From positions 48,416,001-48,480,000 of the forward strand of contig CP086569.2 of assembly GCA_009914755.4 (NCBI GenBank): a stretch of 64,000 nucleotides of DNA, read 5' to 3'. This document shows, in pieces, positions 1 to 22,998 of this stretch. Each line of letters opens with the position of its first letter. Within the stretch, counting starts at the first letter, position 1. The DNA comes from the human T2T-CHM13v2.0 reference genome, Homo sapiens. Both the position numbers and the translations under genes were made by a program. The notes under the pieces were generated by a model that did no database searches, was not told the DNA's origin, and was given only the letters and a program-made list of their open reading frames with translations.

Positions 1-671
<671 letters not shown>

Positions 672-1234
672 ATATTTTTTAAATGAAAAAAAATTTGAAA
701 GGTACTCTGCTTGGTACAATAATCAAATGTATAAACTGAGGAATAAAACATAACCATGAAAGCTACTTATAACTGCATATGGAAAATACAGAGGATAATT
801 TTTTAAATAACATATTTTGAAAGCCTTAACTAGTAATTTGAAGAGTTGGCATTTGAAAGGCCAGTATGAATATACCTTCAAAGCAGCAACACAGGTTCCC
901 CATGAGAAAAAGCAAACTCAGGGAAAATAAAACCACAAAGGTTCAATCTCTTCTGACCTTTGAAATACACAGCACAGACAGTGGTCCTTAGGAGGAAGAG
1001 CAGGAGACCCCTAATTCCGTCACCATGGCGATAGGGCATAAACATTGCTGGGTGAGGGCACAATCCACATTGTGAGGTCCAACTGCTGCCAGGAAGACAG
1101 GAGTGCTTTTACATAGACCGAAATGTCATTGAAGGCTCAGAGTTTTGTTTCAAGAACTGAATCCCAAGCCCACACGTTATTAGGCTGCACTTCTTAAAAC
1201 AAGTTATGAGATGGGAAAAAGGGCACCCACAAAC
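672..1234. other. Complex (non-low-complexity) about 560 bp segment of the repeat unit; origin unknown. Recurs in every unit, running from Alu end+1 to ORF start+356
   Basis: Sequence 'catattttttaaatgaaaaaaaatttgaaaggtactctgcttggtacaataatcaaatg ... ccatggcgatagggcataaacattgctgggtgagggcacaatccacattgtgaggtccaactgctgccaggaagacagg ... gggcacccacaaacatacg'. About 45% GC. Not recognisably Alu or simple repeat. Carries the recurrent 61-codon minus-strand ORF. Begins with a variable A-run ('aaatgaaaaaaaa' or 'aaataaaaaaaaa'). Confidence 0.6.
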
Positions 1235-2792
1235 ATACGTATACATTATGTATATAATAATATACAGTATCATATATATAATATATATAACCTATGTATA
1301 ATATTGTTTTACATCCTGCATCTTATGTTATATATAGTATAAAATATAATAATTGATAATATATAAGTTTTATATTTATACAATATGACATATAGTATAT
1401 ATTATAATTTATGACATATATAATATATGTTATATATCATATATAGAATATATTATACGGTTAATATACGTATCAAATATAAATTATACATTATATATAT
1501 TATATATAATATATCTGTTATATATAATACCCATTATGCATAATATATATATTATGTCTATGTTATATATAGCATAAAACAACATATAATAATATATAAT
1601 TGTATATATAAAATGCGACATATAATATATATTATATTTTATGACATATGTAATACATATTATATATTATATATAATACGTTGTATGTATAACACCTATA
1701 TTAAATATATATTATATGACTATGTTATTAATTACATGTCACATATGTTATATATTATATATTTTACATAGAATATACCGGTTACATACAATATATACTA
1801 TGTTACCTATAATGTAAAATTTATTACATGTAAAATAAAGAATGCAATATATGATGTATAATTTATAATATACAATATGTGGAATGTGATATATATAACA
1901 TATAATATATGATATATGATATACAGTATATGATATATAACATACAATATATGATACCTAATATATATGGCATACAATATATATTTTATGATATGTATTC
2001 TATATGTTTTATATTCTGTTATATATAACTATTTGAAATTATATATAACTGTATAATATTTTATGTAAATATGTAATATAATATATATAACTATATAATA
2101 TATTATATATAACTATATATTATGTTATATATACTTTTATAACATAATTTACATAAAATATCATAATATAATATATATTATATTATTTCATATTACATAA
2201 ATATATATTACATATCACCCTATATAAGTAACATACATAATAGTATAATATAGATTATATTATGTTATATTAAATATCATATATATCATGTATCATATAT
2301 TCTATAATATATATTATACATTATATAATATGCATGTTGTCTATTATGTGATATATATAACTATATATATAATTATATTATTATACATATAACTAGATAA
2401 ACATGTAATTCTACATATTTTCATTTATAATATATAGAATTATATAATCATATATAATTATTTATATTCTATAAAAAATTATATCATTATATAAATTATA
2501 ATATATAAAAATTATAATATGTACTACAAATATATATATTATATATCATATATGATATAGTACCTTTGTTATATATCATAATACATATAAATGTGTATTA
2601 TGTTATCTATAATTATATAATTTCATATATAAGATGTATAATATGTATTATATATTATATATGTTATGTAATATATATAGTATATATAAGATGACACAGG
2701 ATAAATATTATATACTATGACATATAAAATATATGAGGTTATATGTTACATATAAGGCATAGCACATAACATGTAATATATATCATATATAA
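1235..2792. repeat. AT-rich low-complexity block of unit 1 (about 1.56 kb, about 85-90% A+T by eye)
   Basis: Degenerate (TA)n/(ATATAA)n-like sequence, dense in short palindromes ('ttacatgtaa', 'atatcatatatgatat'). Contains an internal roughly 230-bp sub-duplication (about 1310-1545 vs 1545-1790). Confidence 0.85.
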
Positions 2793-3090
<298 letters not shown>

Positions 3091-3296
3091 ATATTTTTTA
3101 AATGAAAAAAAATTTCAAAGGTACTCTGCTTGGTACAATAATCAAATGTATAAACTGAGGAATAAAACATCACCATGAAACCTACTTATAACTGTATACG
3201 GAAAATACAGAGGATAATTTTTTAAATAACATATTTTGAAAGCCTTAACTAGTAATTTGAAGAGTTGGCATTTGAAAGGCCAGTATGAATATACCT

Positions 3297-3482
3297 TCAA
3301 AGCAGCAACACAGGTTCCCCATGAGAAAAAGCAAACTCAGGGAAAATAAAACCACAAAGGTTCAATCTCTTCTGACCTTTGAAAGACACAGCACAGACTG
3401 TGGTCCTTAGGACGAAGAGCAGGAGACCCCTAATTCCGTCACCATGGCGATAGGGCATAAACATTGCTGGGTGAGGGCACAA
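3297..3482 (-). other. Representative copy of the repeat-borne 61-codon ORF (27 intact copies). Probably non-coding
   Basis: ORF track: MCPHPAMFMPYRHGDGIRGLLLFVLRTTVCAVSFKGQKRLNLCGFIFPEFAFSHGEPVLLL. Recurs once per unit only because the units are 97-100% identical. No family resemblance I can recognise. Every change the ORF track shows between copies alters an amino acid (G/V, E/V, R/H, E/D, P/T, V/A, M/K, C/F ...); silent changes would not appear in that track, so this argues against coding only weakly. Confidence 0.1.
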
Positions 3483-3653
3483 TCCACATTGTGAGGTCCA
3501 ACTGCTGCCAGGAAGACAGGAGTGCTTTTACATAGACCGAAAGGTCATTGAAGGCTCAGAGTTTTGTTTCAAGAACTGAATCCCAAGCCCACACGTTATT
3601 AGGCTGCGCTTCTTAAAACAAGTTATGAGATGGGAAAAATGGCACCCACAAAC

Positions 3654-5210
3654 ATACGTATACATTATGTATATAATAATATACAGTATCATATATATAA
3701 TATATTTAAACTATGTATAATATTGTTTTACATCCTGCATCTTATATTATATATATTGTATAAAATATAATAATTGATAATATATAAGTTTTATATTTAT
3801 ACAATATGACATATAGTATATATTATAATTTATGACATATATAATATATGTTATATATCATATATAGAATATATTATACGGTTAATATACGTATTAAATA
3901 TAAATTAAACATTATATATATTATATATAATATATCTGTTATATATAATACCCATTATGCATAATATATATATTATGTCTACGTTATATATAGTATAAAA
4001 CAACATATAATAATATATAATTGTATATATAAAATGCGACATATAATATATATTATATTTTATGACATATGTAATATATATTATATATTATATATAATAC
4101 ATTGTATGTATAATACCTATATTAAATATATATTATATGACTATGTTATTAATTACATGTCACATGTGTTATATATTATATATTTTACATAGAATATACC
4201 GGTTACATAAAATATATAGTATGTTACCTATAATGTATAATTTATTACATGTAAAATAAAGAATGCAATATATTATGTATAATTTATAATATACAATATG
4301 TGGAATGTCATATATATAACATATAATATATGATATATGATATACAGTATATGATATATAACATACAATATATGATACCTAATATATATGGTATGCAATA
4401 TATATTTTATGATATGTATTCTATATGTTTTATATTCTGTTATATATAACTATTTGAAATTACATATAACTGTATAATATTTTATGTAAATATGTAATAT
4501 AATATATATAACTATATAATATATTATATATAACTATATATTATGTTATATATACTTTTATAACATAATTTACATAAAATATCATAATATAATGTATATT
4601 ATATTATTTCATATTACATAATATATATTACATATCACCCAATATATGTAACATACATAATATTATAATATAGATTATATTATGTTATATTAAATATCAT
4701 ATATATCATGTATCATATATTCTATAATATATATTACACATAATATAATATGTATGTTGTCTATTATGCGATATATATAACTATATATATAATTATATTA
4801 TTATACATATAACTAGATAAACATGTAATTCTACATATTTTCATTTATAATATATAGAATTATATAATCATATATAATTATTTATATTCTATAAAAAATT
4901 ATATCATTATATAAATTATAATATATAAAAATTATAATATGTACTACAAATATATATATTATATATCATATATGATATAGTACCTTTGTTATATATCATA
5001 ATACATATAAATGTGTATTAAGTTATCTATAATTATATAATTTCATATATAAGATGTATAATATGTATCATATATTATATATGTTATGTAATATATATAG
5101 TATATATAAGATGACACAGGATAAATATTATATAATATGACATAAAATATATGACGTTATATGTTACATATAAGGCATAGCACATAACATGTAATATATA
5201 TCATATATAA
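3654..5210. repeat. AT-rich low-complexity block, unit 2
   Basis: Homologous to 1235-2792 at one-unit offset. Confidence 0.8.
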
Positions 5211-5508
<298 letters not shown>

Positions 5509-6071
5509 ATATTTTTTAAATGAAAAAAAATTTCAAAGGTACTCTGCTTGGTAAAATATTCAAATGTATAAACTGAGAAATAAAACATAACCATGAAACC
5601 TACTTATAACTGCATATGGAAAATACAGAGGATAATTTTTTAAATAACATATTTTGAAAGCCTTAACTAGTAATTTGAAGAGTTGGCATTTGAAAGGCCA
5701 GTATGAATATACCTTCAAAGCAGCAACGCAGGTTCCCCATGAGAAAAAGCAAACTCAGGGAAAATAAAACCACAAAGGTTCAAACTCTTCTGACCTTTGA
5801 AAGACACAGCACAGACAGTGGTCCTTAGGACGAAGAGCAGGAGACCCCTAATTCCGTCACCATGTCGATAGAGCATAAACATTGCTGGGTGAGGGAACAA
5901 TCCACATTGTGAGGTCCAACTGCTGCCAGGAAGACAGGAGTGCTTTTACATAGACCGAAAGGTCATTGAAGGCTCAGAGTTTTGTTTCAAGAACTGAATC
6001 CCAAGCCCACACGTTATTAGGCTGCGCTTCTTAAAACAAGTTATGAGATGGGAAAAAGGGCACCCACAAAC

Positions 6072-7927
<1,856 letters not shown>

Positions 7928-8490
7928 ATATTTTTTAAATGAAAAAAAATTTCAAAGGTACTCTGCTTGGTACAATAATCAAATGTATAAACTGAGGAAT
8001 AAAACATAACCATGAAACCTACTTATAACTGCATATGGAAAATACAGAGGATAATTTTTTAAATAACGTATTTTGAAAGCCTTAACTAGTAATTTGAAGA
8101 GTTGGCATTTGAAAGGCCAGTATGAATATACCTTCAAAGCAGCAACACAGGTTCCCCATGAGAAAAAGCAAACTCAGGGAAAATAAAACCACAAAGGTTC
8201 AATCTCTTCTGACCTTTGAAAGACACAGCACAGACAGTGGTCCTTAGGACGAAGAGCAGGAGACCCCTAATTCCGTCACCATGGCGATAGGGCATAAACT
8301 TTGCTGGGTGAGGGCACAATCCACATTGTGAGGTCCAACTGCTGCCAGGAAGACAGGAGTGCTTTTACATAGACCGAGAGGTCATTGAAGGCTCAGAGTT
8401 TTGTTTCAAGAACTGAATCCCAAGCCCACACGTTATTAGGCTGCGCTTCTTAAAACAAGTTATGAGATGGGAAAAAGGGCACCTACAAAC

Positions 8491-10342
<1,852 letters not shown>

Positions 10343-10905
10343 ATATTTTTTAAATGAAAAAAAATTTCAAAGGTACTCTGCTTGGTACAATAATCAAATG
10401 TATAAACTGAGGAATAAAACATAACCATGAAACCTACTTATAACTGCATATGGAAAATACAGAGGATAATTTTTTAAATCACATATTTTGAAAGCCTTAA
10501 CTAGTAATTTGAAGAGTTGGCATTTGAAAGGCCAGTATGAATATACCTTCAAAGCAGCAACACAGGTTCCCCATGAGAAAAAGCAAACTCAGGGAAAATA
10601 AAACCACAAAGGTTCAATCTCTTCTGACCTTTGAAAGACACAGCACAGACAGTGGTCCTTAGGACGAAGAGCAGGAGACCCCTAATTCCGTCACCATGGC
10701 GATAGGGCATAAACATTGCTGGGTGAGGGCACAATCCACATTGTGAGGTCCAACTGCTGCCAGGAAGACAGGAGTGCTTTTACATAGACCGAAAGGTCAT
10801 TGAAGGCTCAGAGTTTTGTTTCAAGAACTGAATCCCAAGCCCACACGTTATTAGGCTGCGCTTCTTAAAACAAGTTATGAGATGGGAAAAAGGGCACCCA
10901 CAAAC

Positions 10906-12464
10906 ATACGTATACATTATGTATATAATAATATACAGTATCATATATATAATATATATAACCTATGTATAATATTGTTTTACATCCTGCATCTTATATT
11001 ATATATATTGTATAAAATATAATAATTGATAAAATATAAGTTTTATATTTATACAATATGACATATAGTATATATTATAATTTATTACATATATAATATA
11101 TGTTATATATCATATATAGAATATATTATACGGTTAATATACGTATTAAATATAAATTATACATTATATATATTATATAAAATATATCTGTTATATATAA
11201 TACCCATTATGCATAATATATATATTATGTCTATGTTATATATACTATAAAACAACATATAATAATATATAACTGTATATATAAAATGCGACATATAATA
11301 TATATTATATTTTATGACATATGTAATATATATTATATATTATATATAATACGTTGTATGTATAATACCTATATTAAATATATATTATATGACTATGTTA
11401 TTAATTACATGTCACATATGTTATATATTATATATTTTACATAGAATATACCGGTTACATACAATATATACTATGTTACCTATAATGTATAATTGATTAC
11501 ATGTAAAATAAAGAATGCAATATATTATGTATAATTTATAATATACAATATGTGGAATGTGATATATATAACATATAATATATGATATATGATATACAGT
11601 ATATGATATATAACATACAATATATGATACCTGATATATATGGTATACAATATATATTTTATGATATGTATTCTCTTTGTTTTATATTCTGTTATATATA
11701 ACTATTTGAAATTATATATAACTGTATAATATTTTATGTAAATATGTAATATAATATATATAACTATATAATATTTTATATATAACTATATATTATGTTA
11801 TATATACTTTTATAACATAATTTACATAAAATATCATAATATAATATATATTATATTATTTCATATTACATAATATACATTCCATATCACCCAATATAAG
11901 TAACATACATAATATTATAATATAGAATATATTATGTTATATTAAATTTCATATATATCATGTATCATATATTCCATAATATACATTATACATTATACAA
12001 TATGTATGTTGTCTATTATGTGATATATATAACTATATATATAATTATATTGTTATACATATAACTAGATAAACATGTAATTCTACATATTTTCATTTAT
12101 AATATATAGAATTATATAATCATATATAATTATTTATATTCTATAAAAAATTATATCATTATATAAATTATAATATATAAAAATCATAATATGTCCTACA
12201 AATATATATATTATATATCATATATGATATAGTACCTTTGTTGTATATCATAATACATATAAATGTGTATTATGTTATCTATAATTATATAATTTCATAT
12301 ATAAGATGTACAATATGTATTATATATTATATATGTTATGTAATATATATAGTATATATAAGATGACACAGGATAAATATTATATACTGTGACATATAAA
12401 ATATATGAGGTTATATGTTACATATAAGGCATAGCACATAACATGTAATATATATCATCTATAA
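10906..12464. repeat. AT-rich low-complexity block, unit 5
   Basis: Homologous at unit offset. Confidence 0.8.
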
Positions 12465-12762
12465 TTTTTTTTTAGACAGAGTCTTGTCCTGTTGCACAGG
12501 GTGGAGTACAATGGCGCCATCTTTGCTCATTGCAACATCTGCCTCACGGGTCCAAGCGATTGTCCTCCCTCAGCCTGCCAGGTAGCTGGGACTACACCAC
12601 ACTGGGACTACACCAGCTGCCACCATGCCTAGCTAATTTTTTGGATTTTTAGTAGTGACAGCGTTTCACTGTATTGGCCAGGATGGTCTTGATCTCTTCA
12701 CCTTGTGATCCCCTTGTCTTGACCTCCAAATTTGCTGGGATTACAGGCCTGAGCCAAGATCC
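12465..12762 (-). mobile_element. Alu, antisense, unit copy 6; subtype A
   Basis: Same Alu. Variants 'gctcattgcaac', 'cagcctgccagg', 'ccccttgtcttgacctcc'. Confidence 0.93.
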
Positions 12763-13325
12763 ATATTTTTTAAATGAAAAAAAATTTCAAAGGTACTCTG
12801 CTTGGTACAATAATCAAATGTATAAACTGAGGAATAAAACATAACCATGAAACCTACTTATAACTGCATATGGAAAATACAGAGGATAATTTTTTAAATC
12901 ACATATTTTGAAAGCCTTAACTAGTAATTTGAAGAGTTGGCATTTGAAAGGCCAGTATGAATATACCTTCAAAGCAGCAACACAGGTTCCCCATGAGAAA
13001 AAGCAAACTCAGGGAAAATAAAACCACAAAGGTTCAATCTCTTCTGACCTTTGAAAGACACAGCACAGACAGTGGTCCTCAGGACGAAGAGCAGGAGACC
13101 CCTAATTCCGTCACCATGGCGATAGGGCATAAACATTGCTGGGTGAGGGCACAATCCACATTGTGAGGTCCAACTGCTGCCAGGAAGACAGGAGTGCTTT
13201 TACATAGACCGAAACGTCATTGAAGGCTCAGAGTTTTATTTCAAGAACTGAATCCCAAGCCCACACGTTATTAGGCTGCGCTTCTTAAAACAAGTTATGA
13301 GATGGGAAAAAGGGCACCCACAAAC

Positions 13326-14882
13326 ATACGTATATATTATGTATATAATAATATACAGTATCATATATATAATATATATAACCTATGTATAATATTGTTT
13401 TACATCCTGCATCTTATATTATATATATTGTATAAAATATAATAATTGATAATATATAAGTTCTATATTTATACAATATGACATATAGTATATATTATAA
13501 TTTATGACATATATAATATATGTTATATATCATATATAGAATATATTATACGGTTAATATACGTATTAAATATAAATTATACATGATATATATTATATAT
13601 AATATATCTGTTATATATAATACCCATTATGCATAATATATATATTATATCTATGTTATATATAGTATAAAACAACATATAATAATATATAATTGTATAT
13701 ATAAAATGCGACATATAATATATATTATATTTTATGACATATGTAATATATATTATATATTATATATAATACGTTGTATGTATAATACCTATATTAAATA
13801 TATATTATATGACTATGTTATTAATTACATGTCACATGTGTTATATATTATATATTTTACATAGAATATACCGGTTACATACAATATATACTATGTTACC
13901 TGTAATGTATAATTTATTACATGTAAAATAAAGAATGCAATATATTATGTATAATTTATAATATACAATATGTGGAATGTGATATATATAACATATAATA
14001 TATGATATATGATATACAGTATATGATATATAACATACAATATATGATACCTAATATATATGGTATACAATATATATTTTATGATATGTATTCTCTATGT
14101 TTTATATTCTGTTATATATAACTATTTGAAATTATATATAACTGTATAATATTTTATGTAAATATGTAATATAATATATATAACTATATAATATATTATA
14201 TATAACTATATATTATGTTATATATACTTTTATAACATAATTTACATAAAATATCATAATATAATATATATTATATTATTTCATATTACATAATATATAT
14301 TACATATCACCCAATATAAGTAACATACATTGTATTATAATATAGAATATATTATGTTATATTAAATATCATATATATCATGTATCATATATGCTATAAT
14401 ATATATTATACATTATATAATATGTATGTTGTCTATTATGTGATATATATAACTATATATATAATTATATTATTATACATATAACTAGATAAACATGTAA
14501 TTCTACATATTTAGATTTATAATATATAGAATTATATAATCATATTTAATTATTTAAATTCTATAAAAAATTATATCATTATATAAATTATAATATATAA
14601 AAATTATAATATGTACTACAAATATATATTATATATCATATATGATATAGTACCTTTGTTATATATCATAATACATATAAATGTGTATTATGTTATCGAT
14701 AATTATATAATTTCATATATAAGATATATAATATGTATTATATATTATATATGTTATGTAATATATATAGTATATATAAGATGACACAGGATAAATATTA
14801 TATACTATGACATATAAAATATATGAGGTTATATGTTACATATAAGGCATAGCACATAACATGTAATATATATCATATATAA
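13326..14882. repeat. AT-rich low-complexity block, unit 6
   Basis: Homologous at unit offset. Confidence 0.8.
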
Positions 14883-15180
<298 letters not shown>

Positions 15181-15743
15181 ATATTTTTTAAATGAAAAAA
15201 AATTTCAAAGGTACTCTGCTTGGTACAATAATCAAATGTATAAACTGAGGAATAAAACATAACCATGAAACCTACTTATAACTGCATATGGAAAATACAG
15301 AGGATAATTTTTTAAATAACATATTTTGAAAGCCTTAACTAGTAATTTGAAGAGTTGGCATTTGAAAGGCCAGTATGAATATACCTTCAAAGCAGCAACA
15401 CAGGTTCCCCATGAGAAAAAGCAAACTGAGGGAAAATAAAACCAAAAAGGTTCAATCTCTTCTGACCTTTGAAAGACACAGCACAGACAGTGGTCCTTAG
15501 GACGAAGAGCAGGAGACCCCTAATTCCGTCACCATGGCGATAGGGCATAAACATTGCTGGGTGAGGGCACAATCCACATTGTGAGGTCCAACTGCTGCCA
15601 GGAAGACAGGAGTGCTTTTACATAGACCGAAAGGTCATTGAAGGCTCAGAGTTTTGTTTCAAGAACTGAATCCCAAGCCCACACGTTATTAGGCTGCGCT
15701 TCTTAAAACAAGTTATGAGATGGGAAAAAGGGCACCCACAAAC

Positions 15744-17302
15744 ATACGTATACATTATGTATATAATAATATACAGTATCATATATATAATATATATAAC
15801 CTATGTATAATATTGTTTTACATCCTGCGTCTTATAATATATATATTGTATAAAATATAATAATTGATAATATATATGTTTTATATTTATACAATATGAC
15901 ATATAGTATATATTATAATTTATGACATATATAATATATGTTATATATCATATATAGAATATATTATACGGTTAATATACGTATTAAATATAAATTATAC
16001 ATTATATATATTATATATAATATATCTGTTATATATAATACCCATTATGCATAATATATATATTATGTCTATGTTATATATAGTATAAAACAACATATAA
16101 TAATATATAATTGTATATAGAAAACGCGACATATAATATATATTATATTTTATGACATATGTAATATATATTATATATTATATATAATACGTTGTATGTA
16201 TAATACCTATATTAAATATATATTATATGACTATGTTATTAATTACATGTCACATATGTTATATATTACATATTTTACATAGAATATACCGGTTACATAC
16301 AATATATACTATGTTAACTATAATGTATAATTGATTACATGTAAAATAAAGAATGCAATATATTATGTATAATTTATAATATACAATATGTGGAATGTGA
16401 TATATATAACATATAATATATGATATATGATATACAGTATATGATAATTAACATACAATATATGATACCTAATATATCTGGTATACAATATATATTTTAT
16501 GATATGTATTCTATATGTTTTATATTCTGTTATATATAACTATTTGAAATTATATATAACTGTATAATATTTTATGTAAATATGTAATATAATATATATA
16601 ACTATATAATATATTATATATAACTATATATTATGTTATACATACTTTTACAACATAATTTACATAAAATATCATAATATAATATATATTATATTATTTC
16701 ACATTACATAATATATATTACATATCACCCAATATATGTAACATACATAATATTATAATATAGATAATATTATGTTATATTAAATATCATATATATCATG
16801 TATCATATATCCTATAATATATATTACACATTATATAATATGTATGTTGTCTATTATGTGATATATATAACTATATATATAATTATATTATTATACATAT
16901 AACTAGATAAACATGTAATTCTACATAATTTCATTTATAATATATAGAATTATATAATCATATATAATTATTTATATTCTATAAAAAATTATATCATTAT
17001 ATAAATTATAATATAAAAAAATTATAATATGTACTACAAATATATATATTATATATCATATATGATATAGTACCTTTGTTATATATCATAATACATATAA
17101 ATGTGTATTATGTTATCTATAATTATATAATTTCATATATAAGATATATAATATGTATTATATATTGTCTATGTTATGTAATATATATAGTATATATAAG
17201 CTGACACAGGATAAATATTATATACTATGACATATAAAATATATGAGGTTATATGTTACATATAAGGCATAGCACACAACATGTAATATATATCATATAT
17301 AA
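15744..17302. repeat. AT-rich low-complexity block, unit 7
   Basis: Homologous at unit offset. Confidence 0.8.
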
Positions 17303-17600
17303 TTTTTTTTTAGACAGAATCTTGTCCTGTTGCACAGGGTGGGGTACAATGGCGCCATCTTTGCTCACTGCAACTTCTGCCTCACGGGTCCAAGCGATGG
17401 TCCTCCCTCAGCCTCCCAGGTAGCTGGGACTACACCACACTGGGACTACACCAGCTGCCACCATGCCTAGCTAATTTTTTGGATTTTTAGTAGTGACAGC
17501 GTTTCACTGTATTGGCCAGGATGGTCTTGATCTCTTCACCTTGTGATCCCCTTGCCTTGGCCTCCAAATTTGCTGGGATTACAGGCCTGAGCCAAGATCC
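17303..17600 (-). mobile_element. Alu, antisense, unit copy 8; subtype B (first B-type copy)
   Basis: Diagnostic switch to 'gaatcttgtcc', 'ggtggggtac', 'gcaacttctgcc'. Also 'agcgatggtcc', shared with copy 15. Confidence 0.93.
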
Positions 17601-18163
17601 ATATTTTTTAAATGAAAAAAAATTTCAAAGGTACTCTGCTTGGTACAATAATCAAATGTATAAACTGAGGAATAAAACATAACCATGAAACCTACTTATA
17701 ACTGCATATGGAAAATACAGAGGATAATTTTTTAAATAACATAGTTTGAAAGCCTTAACTAGTAATTTGAAGAGTTGGCATTTGAAAGGCCAGTATGAAT
17801 ATACCTTCAAAGCAGCAACACAGGTTCCCCATGAGAAAAAGCAAACACAGGGAAAATAAAAACACAAAGGTTCAATCTCTTCTGACCTTTGAAAGACACA
17901 GCACAGACAGTGGTCCTTAGGACGAAGAGCAGGAGACCCCTAATTCCGTCACCATGGCGATAGGGCATAAACATTGCTGGGTGAGGGCACAATCCACATT
18001 GTGAGGTCCAACTGCTGCCAGGAAGACAGGAGTGCTTTTACATAGACCGAAAGGTCATTGAAGGCTCAGAGTTTTGTTTCAAGAACTGAATCCCAAGCCC
18101 ACACGTTATTAGGCTGCGCTTCTTAAAACAAGTTATGAGATGGGAAAAAGGGCACCCACAAAC

Positions 18164-20013
<1,850 letters not shown>

Positions 20014-20576
20014 ATACTTTTTAAATAAAAAAAAATTTCAAAGGTACACTGCTTGGTACAATAATCAAATGTATACACTGAGGAATAAAACATAACCATG
20101 AAACCTACTTATAACTGCATATGGAAAATACAGAGGATAATTTTTTAAATAACATATTTTGAAAGCCTTAACTAGTAATTTGAAGAGTTGGCATTTGAAA
20201 GGCCAGTATGAATATACCTTCAAAGCAGCAACACAGGTTCCCCATGAGAAAAAGCAAACTCAGGGAAAATAAAAACACAAAGGTTCAATCTCTTCTGACC
20301 TTTGAAAGACACAGCACAGACAGTGGTCCTTAGGACGAAGAGCAGGAGACCCCTAATTCCGTCACCATGGCGATAGGGCATAAACATTGCTGGGTGAGGG
20401 CACAATCCACATTGTGAGGTCCAACTGCTGCCAGGAAGACAGGAGTGCTTTTACATAGACCGAAAGGTCATTGAAGGCTCAGAGTTTTGTTTCAAGAACT
20501 GAATCCCAAGCACACACGATATTAGGCTGCGCTTCTTAAAACAAGTTATGAGATGGGAAAAAGGGCACCCACAAAC

Positions 20577-22435
<1,859 letters not shown>

Positions 22436-22998
22436 ATACTTTTTAAATGAAAAAAAATTTCAAAGGTACTCTGCTTGGTACAATAATCAAATGTATACAC
22501 TGAGGAATAAAACATAACCATGAAACCTACTTATAACTGCATATGGAAAATACAGAGGATAATTTTTTAAATAACATATTTTGAAAGCCTTAACTAGTAA
22601 TTTGAAGAGTTGGCATTTGAAAGGCCAGTATGAATATACCTTCAAAGCAGCAACACAGGTTCCCCATGAGAAAAAGCAAACTCAGGGAAAATAAAAACAC
22701 AAAGGTTCAATCTCTTCTGACCTTTGAAAGACACAGCACAGACAGTGGTCCTTAGGACGAAGAGCAGGAGACCCCTAATTCCGTCACCATGGCGATAGGG
22801 CATAAACATTGCTGGGTGAGGGCACAATCCACATTGTGAGGTCCAACTGCTGCCAGGAAGACAGGAGTGCTTTTACATAGACCGAAAGGTCATTGAAGGC
22901 TCAGAGTTTTGTTTCAAGAACTGAATCCCAAGCCCACACGTTATTAGGCTGCGCTTCTTAAAACAAGTTATGAGATGGGAAAAAGGGCACCCACAAAA

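Noticed and set aside
12957-13166. Plus-strand 69-aa ORF antisense to the 61-aa ORF, present in a single unit
   Set aside because: Present in only 1 of 27 units, so it is interrupted in the others. A chance frame on the opposite strand of the complex segment.
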